From a virus (taxonomy: Duplodnaviria; Caudoviricetes), in the IMG/VR virus record IMGVR_UViG_3300037104_000199, positions 1 to 53,148 of that record: a DNA stretch of 53,148 nucleotides. One strand, written 5' to 3'. Both the position numbers and the translations under genes were made by a program. Positions 18,566 to 26,645 of this stretch are shown in pieces. The notes beneath the pieces were generated by a model. That model was given only the letters and a program-made list of their open reading frames with translations. It was not told the origin of the DNA and did no database searches. How positions within the stretch are numbered: position 1 is the stretch's first letter; each line of letters opens with the position of its first letter.

Positions 18566-18753
18566 GGCTTGAAAACTAGATGACGCTTAAAGTGTACATA
18601 CATTTTACCATCAGGTTTTTTTAGGTAGACTAAGTTAGAACCTGGGGCAGAACCAAAAGACTCTATTACACCTTCTGTATTTATAGGGCAGTAGCTTTCA
18701 TTATAACCTAGACCACCTTTTACTTTTACCCTATCCCCAATCCTTGGTTCCAT
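18547..18753 (-). CDS. SH3/KOW-like miniprotein (array member)
   Basis: MEPRIGDRVKVK..TEGVI..HL. Confidence 0.68.
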   Translation of the reverse strand: MEPRIGDRVKVKGGLGYNESYCPINTEGVIESFGSAPGSNLVYLKKPDGKMYVHFKRHLVFKPSRVSE

Positions 18754-18981
18754 TTAACTTCCCCGCAATCTTTCTAGGCTATCTGCCCTAAGATCAATCA
18801 TTTCCGAATAACCTTCGGATTGAATCCAGTAGAATACTGTAGAGTCCTGCCTCGTGTGTTCATGACCAAGCTTCTCTTTACAGTTTTGTACTATTACACC
18901 TTTAGTATGTGCTTCTAATTGGGGGTACCTACCATACAGAGTATGCTTATTTCTTACTATTGTTCCATTAGGAATTATCAT
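18754..18981 (-). CDS. SH3/KOW-like miniprotein (array member)
   Basis: IPNGTIVRNK..TKGVI..YWI..DSLE. Confidence 0.62.
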   Translation of the reverse strand: MIIPNGTIVRNKHTLYGRYPQLEAHTKGVIVQNCKEKLGHEHTRQDSTVFYWIQSEGYSEMIDLRADSLERLRGS

Positions 18982-19214
18982 CTTTGGTGCCCCCTAAATT
19001 GTAGTTCTTTTGCGCAATAATAACCAGATAATCCATTATTATCCCAAGTTACTCTAATAGGCCATTGCCTATGCCAAGGATACTCAAAACCTGGGGAAGT
19101 GTAATCTACTAGAAATCCAGTAATAGTACCTATACTACCTACTACACATTTTCTATAAGGTCTTAATTTATTAGGATAAGAAAGCCTTACCTTCATACCT
19201 AATTCGGGTGTCAT
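18978..19214 (-). CDS. SH3/KOW-like miniprotein (array member)
   Basis: MTPELGMKVRL..SIGTI..VTWDN..YCAKELQF. Confidence 0.72.
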   Translation of the reverse strand: MTPELGMKVRLSYPNKLRPYRKCVVGSIGTITGFLVDYTSPGFEYPWHRQWPIRVTWDNNGLSGYYCAKELQFRGHQR

Positions 19215-19426
19215 TTAGCTCTCTTAACTTTTGCGCCACTAAAGAATACACAAGAGTTCATTTTAGAAAAATCCGTCATAGCTTGAAAACAACCATTTCT
19301 ATCAGAACAACAATTACAGGTTACTAGGGAATCAACTGTACCTTCCATACCCACAGGAACTGAGTTAAATACAGACGCTCCTGTAGTTATAATTCTATCG
19401 CCATCTTTTAGTTCAGAAGGACGCAT
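19211..19426 (-). CDS. SH3/KOW-like miniprotein (array member)
   Basis: MRPSELKDGDRIITT..MEGTV..FSGAKVKR. Confidence 0.72.
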   Translation of the reverse strand: MRPSELKDGDRIITTGASVFNSVPVGMEGTVDSLVTCNCCSDRNGCFQAMTDFSKMNSCVFFSGAKVKRAK

Positions 19427-19662
19427 TACTTACACCTTTTCTTAATCTGAAGTCTCCATTGATAAACGCTATCAACTACACCATTATCAAACTGTACAGT
19501 ACATAGGAAATTTCCTACAGTAGTTTCATTAAGCCTCTCAGTATAGGATTCAGTTGGAACAACAGTTCCTTCAGTAAATTTGGGGATTCTACAATACTCA
19601 TTATCTGAGTATCTAGTCTTTATTCTTACTCTGGTACCTACTGGAATTGTATTCTTAGACAT
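19426..19662 (-). CDS. SH3/KOW-like miniprotein (array member)
   Basis: IPVGTRVRIK..TEGTV..VQFDNG..RLQI. Confidence 0.7.
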   Translation of the reverse strand: MSKNTIPVGTRVRIKTRYSDNEYCRIPKFTEGTVVPTESYTERLNETTVGNFLCTVQFDNGVVDSVYQWRLQIKKRCK

Positions 19663-19873
19663 TTTCGCGCCGAAATTGTAATTCATCTAAACGAAAGCCC
19701 TTAATGTCGAAGAAACCTTCTAATTGCACACTTATACCCTCGCTGTTAAAGTAGTAATCTAAACTAGAAATAACCCCCACTAATCCAATAGATAGACTGT
19801 GATCAGCATAGCGACCATCAACGCTATGAGTACATTTCTTAAGTCTAACACTCATACCAACTTTTGGTACCAT
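19655..19873 (-). CDS. SH3/KOW-like miniprotein (array member)
   Basis: MVPKVGMSVRLK..GLVGVI..FRLDELQF. Confidence 0.7.
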   Translation of the reverse strand: MVPKVGMSVRLKKCTHSVDGRYADHSLSIGLVGVISSLDYYFNSEGISVQLEGFFDIKGFRLDELQFRRENV

Positions 19874-19875
19874 AA

Positions 19876-20103
19876 TCAACCTCTCTTTATCCAAAGGAAT
19901 TTCTTCTCTACACACTGCCCCCTAAATCCTTCTGGGACCCCATCAAAATGAATATACAAACCTTTTCCGAATACATGTCTTGGGTCACTAAGAGGGTTTA
20001 TACTGAAGGGGCATTGTAAACTTACAATATCCCCTTCAGTACCAGCCTTATAGGTGAATAAATCCTCTTTAAGTTTTACCCTATCACCTAGGTTAATGGT
20101 CAT
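19876..20103 (-). CDS. SH3/KOW-like miniprotein (array member)
   Basis: MTINLGDRVKLK..TEGDI..IHFDG..FL. Confidence 0.68.
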   Translation of the reverse strand: MTINLGDRVKLKEDLFTYKAGTEGDIVSLQCPFSINPLSDPRHVFGKGLYIHFDGVPEGFRGQCVEKKFLWIKRG

Positions 20104-20104
20104 T

Positions 20105-20437
20105 TTAGTAAATGTCCGGGGTAATGTCCTTAGGGCCAAGAGTAACCTTAATGCCACCCATATCGTCCTCATAATCCTCTTCGTCGCCTTCACTAAAATC
20201 AACAAATTCCTTGTAACCAAATCCCTGAGCAGTAATAGTATCGCGAAGACCAAACTCAATCTTAGTTCGGGTACCCAAAACCTCTCCATCAGCTTCTACA
20301 AGGTAGTACGCAACCTTACTTAGAATAAACTGCTCCATTGGAATCTTAGAAGTTACGATGTTATCTCTAACATACTCATCGACCATCTCAAAAACCATCG
20401 GGGGAAAAGTAACCGTAATACGAACCATCTTAGACAT
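20105..20437 (-). CDS. hypothetical acidic protein, possible ribbon-helix-helix N-terminus
   Basis: AAGGAG RBS; RITVTFPPMVFEMVDEY pattern. Confidence 0.55.
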   Translation of the reverse strand: MSKMVRITVTFPPMVFEMVDEYVRDNIVTSKIPMEQFILSKVAYYLVEADGEVLGTRTKIEFGLRDTITAQGFGYKEFVDFSEGDEEDYEDDMGGIKVTLGPKDITPDIY

Positions 20438-20438
20438 T

Positions 20439-20861
20439 TTATTGCTCCTTTCTATACATTTTTAGCATTTCAGTAATAAAACTACTATACATATCTTCTT
20501 GCCACTTTGGAAACTCGGCATCCTCAGTAAAGCACTCTTTTACACTGCTATAGAAACAATCAAAAACCTCTATACTGTAGTTAGCATAATTCTCATACTC
20601 AGTAGCCAACTTTCGCATCCAAGGTCGCCACCTATATTTGAGAATAATATCCGTTGAATGGTAGTATTTCCTATGGCAAGATTGGCAAGAGGTTGTTCCA
20701 TACTTGCCCCACAAATCATGGTAGTTGAATAGGCACCTAACTGGCTGCAAGAAACTGTACACTCTATACACTATCTTGGGCAGTTCATAACCCTGCATAA
20801 AATAATATAGCCCCTTTCCCCGCCTAGTAGCTGTACATTTCTTTAGAAAATGGGGCATCAT
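20439..20861 (-). CDS. hypothetical protein
   Basis: AGGAGG RBS. Confidence 0.6.
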   Translation of the reverse strand: MMPHFLKKCTATRRGKGLYYFMQGYELPKIVYRVYSFLQPVRCLFNYHDLWGKYGTTSCQSCHRKYYHSTDIILKYRWRPWMRKLATEYENYANYSIEVFDCFYSSVKECFTEDAEFPKWQEDMYSSFITEMLKMYRKEQ

Positions 20862-20891
20862 AAGTCCTCCTATATATAGCTACCTATAAAC

Positions 20892-20949
20892 TATTAATTA
20901 ATTTTCTTAGACTGTTTTATGTAACAGCATCAACTATGAAAGACGGTTA
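20892..20949 (+). repeat. TATTAAT-N22-GTAACAG-N9-TGAAAGACGG element
   Basis: Same fixed spacing. Confidence 0.85.
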
Positions 20950-20977
20950 CGCTGGAGCATACTTAAATGGCTGCCAC

Positions 20978-21205
20978 CTATTCCCCGCCTTCCTTATCTT
21001 GTAGAATCCAATTTACTTTTGACTTATTTAGGATGTTTTCTTGCTGATTTCTTTGAGCCCACAAAAAGTGCTCATCACAATACAGTACTGACCATACACC
21101 TATCTGCATATTGTGCAGAACTACTACATGTGTAGCATCCCTAGAACACTTGTTCTGTAATTCCCAAGACTCTGTAACATACAGATCACATTGAGGAATA
21201 GCCAC
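20978..21205 (-). CDS. hypothetical protein
   Basis: Coupled ORF; C..C..CDEH pattern. Confidence 0.5.
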   Translation of the reverse strand: MAIPQCDLYVTESWELQNKCSRDATHVVVLHNMQIGVWSVLYCDEHFLWAQRNQQENILNKSKVNWILQDKEGGE

Positions 21206-21414
21206 TACTTCTCACGCAAAAATTGTAAGACTCTGGGGCTGTAATTATAGTGTGCGTCTGGGTAATCATCCCATAAAACAAACCATGTTTGGTCCCCAGC
21301 ATAATTGAAACCAGGCTTTTCTATAATACCTAAAACACCATTCTTACTAGGCTCCGCATAATCATAAGGGTTTGGGGCATTTAATCTAACCCGCATTCCA
21401 ACTTCAGGTTTCAT
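21205..21414 (-). CDS. SH3/KOW-like miniprotein (array member)
   Basis: AGGAGG RBS; MKPEVGMRVRL..VLGII..VLWDD..VLQF. Confidence 0.72.
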   Translation of the reverse strand: MKPEVGMRVRLNAPNPYDYAEPSKNGVLGIIEKPGFNYAGDQTWFVLWDDYPDAHYNYSPRVLQFLREK

Positions 21415-21562
21415 TTAGCTCCTCCTACTAAACTGTAAACGGTTTACAAAAACTACAGGATAAAGATGAGAACCTGCTGTGGATTCTCTATCCATCAAAA
21501 CTTTTACTATATAAGTCTCATACATAGGTAAGGTGGAACTAGTTGTAGTTTAGTAGTTTTAT

Positions 21563-21599
21563 CTAGGGCACTATATCAGGAGGTAATATAGTGCCCTAG
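21563..21599. terminator. 14-bp hairpin (terminator or processing site)
   Basis: CTAGGGCACTATAT / ATATAGTGCCCTAG; no clear U-tract. Confidence 0.5.
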
Positions 21600-21608
21600 C
21601 GACAAATA

Positions 21609-21794
21609 CTAACTGATTGTACTACGATTAATCTTTGGGGGCGCAATAACTTCAATCTGATTAGCTGCAATATGCACACAGGACTCAATAATAGTCCCTG
21701 TCCAATCACAAGCCTTACAAGTATAAATAGGAGCCTTAAGATAAGACTTCTGGGTAGACCAAGTACCAATGCGAGAAACAACGTGTGTAATCAT
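21609..21794 (-). CDS. small C2H2-like hypothetical protein
   Basis: GGAG RBS; YTCKACDW....H. Confidence 0.5.
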   Translation of the reverse strand: MITHVVSRIGTWSTQKSYLKAPIYTCKACDWTGTIIESCVHIAANQIEVIAPPKINRSTIS

Positions 21795-21808
21795 CTAACT
21801 ATCTCCAA

Positions 21809-22126
21809 CTAAAAGTGGTGGACCTTTTCAGAATCATCGGGCAATAAAGAGTCTTCCTCATCAAAATCATCAAAATCATCAAATCCTACTGAGTCATAAT
21901 CTTCATCCTCCATTCGATCCTCAGCAGCAAGAGTTAATATTGCGTCCAAAGCTGCTGTATAAAAGGCATCCTTGATATCATCTTCATTATCATTGAGGAA
22001 CTTTTCAGGCTCCTCTAGATTAGAAACAAATTCCTCCCTAACATCAGCCATAGATAACTCAATATGCTTATAGAAGATTTCATATAGCTGATCATAGATC
22101 ACTGGGTCTTTTGGTTTATATGCCAT
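21809..22126 (-). CDS. highly acidic hypothetical protein
   Basis: GAGG RBS; D/E-rich. Confidence 0.6.
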   Translation of the reverse strand: MAYKPKDPVIYDQLYEIFYKHIELSMADVREEFVSNLEEPEKFLNDNEDDIKDAFYTAALDAILTLAAEDRMEDEDYDSVGFDDFDDFDEEDSLLPDDSEKVHHF

Positions 22127-22150
22127 TACATTTCCTCTAATAAGAAAAAT

Positions 22151-22230
22151 TGGTACCCCTTGTGAGAATCAGACTCACCTTTGCTACGGATATAAGCCGT
22201 CATCCAACCATCAGTTAGAACATAAGGGGC
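22151..22230 (-). tRNA. tRNA-Ile(UAU)-like, atypical
   Basis: Acceptor GCCCCTT/AAGGGGT-A-CCA; anticodon arm ACGG-CT TAT AT-CCGT; T-arm GTGAG/CTCAC with non-canonical loop TCTGATT. Confidence 0.7.
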
Positions 22231-22421
22231 ACAAAGTAAACTACCAGGTATCACTACCTAAATGAGCAACACTCATAACACGATAAACCTTACTGCGCCA
22301 AAGAAGTCTACTAAACTTTTCTTGTCTCCCCCAAGCCTTTGCACAATAATTCTGCATAGCAAGATTACTGAGCATCTTCTGATAGGAGTCAAGCTTCTTA
22401 GTATTACTGCGTAAAGGCTTA

Positions 22422-23252
22422 CTAAGTAGCAACATTATCCCAACCTACCTTTCCGCGCATATTAACACCATAAGACTCTCCCTTATCAAGATCAAACTGA
22501 AGATCAGTCCACCTGAGAATTTCAATATCTTTTGCTGCTTCATCGCGCAAAGTTTGTGGGACTTCTTTACCCTCATCACGAAGCTTCTCAATAAGAGCAT
22601 AATTCTTATCCACACTAAGGGTGTACTTTCGGTACATCATAAGTGCGGAAAGAATCCACATAGCAGATGCCATATTAGCAGTAATAAGCTGCTCTCCACC
22701 CTCTAATGCAGCAATTGCTGCACAAGTCATGGTAGCTCTATCTGCTCCCTTATTTGAAATTTCTTGATGAAGGAAAGTAAGGACAGGGGTAATATTTTCC
22801 CCGCCCTTTCTCACCCACAATTGACAAGAACCTGTACTAACCTCATTGCCTCCATTAATAACTACAGCGTTATCAAGTGTCAAGCAATGAGACTGAATAA
22901 GAGCCCTAACTGGATAATTATCTACACCAATAAGGACAGTACATCCATCAGTAATAAGCTGATCAATATTGTCCTTACCAAGGTATTCATTGACGGGAAA
23001 AACCTTGTTAGTTTCACTATACCGACTTGCAGAAGCTACGGCCTTATTTGCCTTAATAGCTGACTCATCATATAGCTGCCTATCAAGATTCTTTTCCTCA
23101 ACATCATCACCATCAACAAGAAGCAATTCCCAAGTATTTTGGGCATTACGATAATGGGTTGTAAGGAAGCGGATTAATGGGTCAAGCAAGAAAGACCCGG
23201 TGCCTCCAATTCCCACAAGAACATATTTGTCATTTTCCATATTGCTTTCCAA
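22422..23252 (-). CDS. ThiF/E1-like ubiquitin-activating enzyme
   Basis: VGIGGTGS, LVDGDDVEEKNLDRQ, KA, GVDN..R, GGN, and TCA..EQ...N (candidate catalytic Cys). Confidence 0.9.
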   Translation of the reverse strand: MESNMENDKYVLVGIGGTGSFLLDPLIRFLTTHYRNAQNTWELLLVDGDDVEEKNLDRQLYDESAIKANKAVASASRYSETNKVFPVNEYLGKDNIDQLITDGCTVLIGVDNYPVRALIQSHCLTLDNAVVINGGNEVSTGSCQLWVRKGGENITPVLTFLHQEISNKGADRATMTCAAIAALEGGEQLITANMASAMWILSALMMYRKYTLSVDKNYALIEKLRDEGKEVPQTLRDEAAKDIEILRWTDLQFDLDKGESYGVNMRGKVGWDNVAT

Positions 23253-23253
23253 A

Positions 23254-24474
23254 TTACTCTCCTATGTAATCCTCAACCTCATCCACAGGCTGATTAAGCA
23301 TTGTAGACAATGTTGAAGTTGTTAGAACCTTATCCTTTTCAGAATCTGCTGAGGGATCAATAACTTCCCCCACCATAAAGCTAATAACATAGCCTGCCTT
23401 TTCGCACTCCTTATTAAGCTTCTTAGCAAGGAGTTCAATAGCTTCAGGCCAGTATTCAGGCTTAATCTTTCCGGTACGGACGGACTCTAACCATTTCTTA
23501 GGAACACTTATACCTAACTGCGAAGAGTAAGCACTACCTGACCCTGCAGTATAACCATCATAAGAATCCGGCCAGGAATCTTCATTCCCACCTTGCCAAC
23601 CCTTATACCACTTATTTGCGCGGGACTTATCCAAACCCCAATTCTGATTTGTAGTACTCTTTACAAATTGACCAACTGTTTGAGCAGTAGGCTTCTTAAC
23701 TAGGGAGTACCACCATTCAGGAATTCCAACATCTTCAAGTCCCACAACATCAGCAACCTCTTCAATCTTGTAATTGAAGTTACTTCCGCCAAGGGAAATC
23801 ATTGATGCAAATTCCATCTGCTTATAGTCTGTAACATGCCCCACAGTAATGTGTAGACCATCAAAAGTCTTAGCATCATGTGTATCTGTTCCAGAATGGA
23901 ATGCAGAAAAGACTGGATGGGAATGGACTGATCCTACTAAACTATACCCTGAAGGAATCTTAGTTGCATCAAAAGTATAATCGACACTTGCTCCCCCACA
24001 AATCTGCACAGGAACAAATACCTTGTATTCCTTAGTAGTAGTGTTAAAGAGAAGCATAACCTCTGCTTCCGTCTGGATTCTAGAATAGACGCCCCTAAAA
24101 AAGGAGACAATCTGATTCATGATAGCCAGGGGGATAATCGGGGCATCTTCATAATTATGCCAGAAAAGTCCACCCTTATGCTTAGGATCAACTGTACCTA
24201 AAACAGTGGGATGTTCCTTTGTGGGCATAATTGCTCTACCAAAAGCAAAATGCTTGTAGTAATACCAACCCTGCGCAGTAGGCACAAAATAAGGGCCATT
24301 ATCTGGCTGAGGAAGATCATAAAAGTCCCCATTGAACTTGGTATAAATATCAAGCAATCCTGGGGCTTCAATTACTGCTGCCTCTACAACTTCTAACACA
24401 GTTTCAATTTCCACAGGAAGATGAGTAGCTTCCCCAACAATTTCAACCTTAGGAAGGGTTTTCTTTTTGGTCAT
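23254..24474 (-). CDS. JAB/MPN+ metalloisopeptidase (prokaryotic JAB)
   Basis: TEA..VPVQ..ASVDY..GSVHSHPVFSAFHSGTDTHD..GLHITVG. Confidence 0.9.
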   Translation of the reverse strand: MTKKKTLPKVEIVGEATHLPVEIETVLEVVEAAVIEAPGLLDIYTKFNGDFYDLPQPDNGPYFVPTAQGWYYYKHFAFGRAIMPTKEHPTVLGTVDPKHKGGLFWHNYEDAPIIPLAIMNQIVSFFRGVYSRIQTEAEVMLLFNTTTKEYKVFVPVQICGGASVDYTFDATKIPSGYSLVGSVHSHPVFSAFHSGTDTHDAKTFDGLHITVGHVTDYKQMEFASMISLGGSNFNYKIEEVADVVGLEDVGIPEWWYSLVKKPTAQTVGQFVKSTTNQNWGLDKSRANKWYKGWQGGNEDSWPDSYDGYTAGSGSAYSSQLGISVPKKWLESVRTGKIKPEYWPEAIELLAKKLNKECEKAGYVISFMVGEVIDPSADSEKDKVLTTSTLSTMLNQPVDEVEDYIGE

Positions 24475-24701
24475 AACAACTCCAAAATTTGGATGCTGGT
24501 TAGGGGTGCATTTTTCCCATAGGTAATAGAACTAGCAATTTGCGTGAAATCCTTAGAAAAAACTCTTAATCCTGCCTTACTCTGTGTTTCAGAAAGTTCT
24601 GGCAGTTTCTCAAAAGTTTCCATAAGCTGTTCCATAGTTTCGGGGAAATCTTTAACCCCTAGAGACGAAACCCTAAGAAAATCAGGTGTAGTGTCAGCCA
24701 T
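24471..24701 (-). CDS. small hypothetical protein within the Ubl cassette
   Basis: Translationally coupled on both sides. Confidence 0.6.
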   Translation of the reverse strand: MADTTPDFLRVSSLGVKDFPETMEQLMETFEKLPELSETQSKAGLRVFSKDFTQIASSITYGKNAPLTSIQILELL

Positions 24702-25537
24702 TAAGCAGTAACCTCTTCTTCAAAGTCTTCCCAGACCTCTTCCTCAGTATTAAACTCTTCAACTTCCACAAATTCAGGGGTAGTTGCAGAAACTGCGGCA
24801 GGAATTTCTGCACAACCTTCAATGGTAATGCTCTCCTTTGGATTGTAGAAAGACAAGAACCTAATAAAGCCTGACAACTTTCCTGCTCGGTACTCATTAG
24901 GAATATTATCCCACCAATCCCACTTAAGAGCAACAAGTGGATCAGCTTTTGTTGCAACTGCCCATTCCCTAAATGTTTCATAGGGCTCAGGAATATTCCA
25001 ACCTAAATCAGCATTAAACACAGAAGCAGGGGTAAAGAACTGATTGACAATTGTATCAACCCTTTCATCTAATTCCAGATTACCCTGAGGGGCAGTACCA
25101 CCAAAACAAATTCGTCCATAATCCCTGTAGACATTGGGGAGTCTTGCAGGGATAACTGTTTGATCCAAAGTCTTCAATCTCTTCTGTGACCAGAAAAGAC
25201 TAACATCATCTATGCGCCACTTGATATTAGGATATGTAACATTGGCAACTTCCGAAAAAGGGAATACCATATACTGAAAGGGCATGGAAAGATACAAGCC
25301 TGCTTTCATTGCACTAGTCTTGATGAATTGCGGCCCTGGGTCAATCTCAACAACAAGATGAATCTTCTTATTTTCCTGGTAGTAAAATCGGCAGTTCTTA
25401 GGAATTCTAGGCAGAACAATAGCTTGTAAAGCAGGCATTTCTGAAAGGGCAGTCTTTAAGCTGACTACCTTTTCAATAGTAGTGCGCTCAATAAAAGCTA
25501 CCCCACCCTCAATTACAATTCTTTTCTTTTCTGGCAT
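24701..25537 (-). CDS. prokaryotic E2-like (UBC-fold) conjugating protein
   Basis: PARLPNVYRDYGRICFG (PNV..G.IC.G active-site Cys) and FF...FNADL; position between Ubl and JAB. Confidence 0.8.
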   Translation of the reverse strand: MPEKKRIVIEGGVAFIERTTIEKVVSLKTALSEMPALQAIVLPRIPKNCRFYYQENKKIHLVVEIDPGPQFIKTSAMKAGLYLSMPFQYMVFPFSEVANVTYPNIKWRIDDVSLFWSQKRLKTLDQTVIPARLPNVYRDYGRICFGGTAPQGNLELDERVDTIVNQFFTPASVFNADLGWNIPEPYETFREWAVATKADPLVALKWDWWDNIPNEYRAGKLSGFIRFLSFYNPKESITIEGCAEIPAAVSATTPEFVEVEEFNTEEEVWEDFEEEVTA

Positions 25538-25561
25538 TTCTTCTCCTCAGTGGGGGAATAG

Positions 25562-25595
25562 TTAAGGGGTGTACCTTTTACAATACACCCCTTAA
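25562..25595. promoter_or_regulatory. 12-bp hairpin between the Ubl and E2 genes
   Basis: TTAAGGGGTGTA / TACACCCCTTAA. Confidence 0.6.
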
Positions 25596-25612
25596 GCTAC
25601 TTAGGCTAAATC

Positions 25613-25822
25613 TTAGCCCTTAGAACCGGAAGGGCGCGCGAAAATAACCTCATCTCCACTTCGAGTAGTGTAATACTCATCCGTAGGAACACTATTAACG
25701 TATGCAGTAGCATCCGAAGGAATACCCATAATATCCTTAAGATTTGCTCGAAGATTACGAATAGTCGTGCAAGCAAAGGTGGCGTTAGTAAAGCTAGAGG
25801 CACCAGAAGAAACAGTAACCAT
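25613..25822 (-). CDS. ubiquitin-like (beta-grasp) protein ending in Gly
   Basis: 69 aa; AYVNS.P..Y....GDEVIF pattern of ThiS/MoaD-like folds; C-terminus SGSKG; AAGGAG RBS. Confidence 0.78.
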   Translation of the reverse strand: MVTVSSGASSFTNATFACTTIRNLRANLKDIMGIPSDATAYVNSVPTDEYYTTRSGDEVIFARPSGSKG

Positions 25823-25955
25823 GATTTATCTCCTTTTTGTTAATGGGATAAACTGACCAAAGAAACAAACCTATCGAGGTTCTCTACTTATTCACTACCT
25901 CCTTCAACTACTATTCACTGGAGACTCCTCATAAGAGTTCCATATTGGTAAAAAA

Positions 25956-26636
25956 TCATTCGGATGGGCAATTACAAGGATAATTACCGCATTCTGAGCA
26001 ACACTCGCAAGGATTTTGCTTGCATTCTTCACAACAAGTACAGCTACAGCCACTATGTTCACATTTATCACAATAACGGCAGTCATTGCTACCACATTCT
26101 GGGCAGCATGCACAATCGTCTATATATTCCCCACAATTGGGGCAAGTCTCTCTTGTATTGTCCTCATCTTCCTCATTAAAATAATCTTTATAAAGAGGTA
26201 GCATAGGAAATCCACTATTCTCGTAGCTCTCCATATGGAGATCACATAGAAAAATAGTCCTGCTATTAGCAGAGACACTTTTAGTTCCCTTGTAACTACA
26301 GTAAACTCCAAACTCGTCCTCTGTCTCTTCTCCTACAACTTGACCGTAGTCACAATAATCATTAGGCATGTCTAGGATTTTTGGTTTGAGGCCATTTAGC
26401 CAGGTCATAACATCCTCTAAGTTGTTGTTTCTAAAAACTCCTGGGGGAGTCTGTCCACGAACATAAATATTACCAATAGCCCAGGAATACTGGAGATATG
26501 AATCTCCATTAATAAAATTTGTGTAGTCAGGACCACTACCCTTGGTCCAGTCAATTTCCCAACCATTATCTTCAAGATACCTTGAAAGTTTAAGCAGAAA
26601 TTCTGGGGGATTATTCTCAAAATGCCGATGTGCCAT
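25956..26636 (-). CDS. protein with C-terminal Cys-rich CxxC repeats
   Basis: CPNC..CACCPEC..CRYCDKC..CSCTCCEEC..CECCSEC..CNC. Confidence 0.7.
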   Translation of the reverse strand: MAHRHFENNPPEFLLKLSRYLEDNGWEIDWTKGSGPDYTNFINGDSYLQYSWAIGNIYVRGQTPPGVFRNNNLEDVMTWLNGLKPKILDMPNDYCDYGQVVGEETEDEFGVYCSYKGTKSVSANSRTIFLCDLHMESYENSGFPMLPLYKDYFNEEDEDNTRETCPNCGEYIDDCACCPECGSNDCRYCDKCEHSGCSCTCCEECKQNPCECCSECGNYPCNCPSE

Positions 26637-26645
26637 TAATCCTTC

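Noticed and set aside
22422-25822. Thiamine or molybdopterin sulfur-transfer operon
   Set aside because: E2-like and JAB genes are present, and ThiG, MoaE and sulfurtransferase genes are absent.
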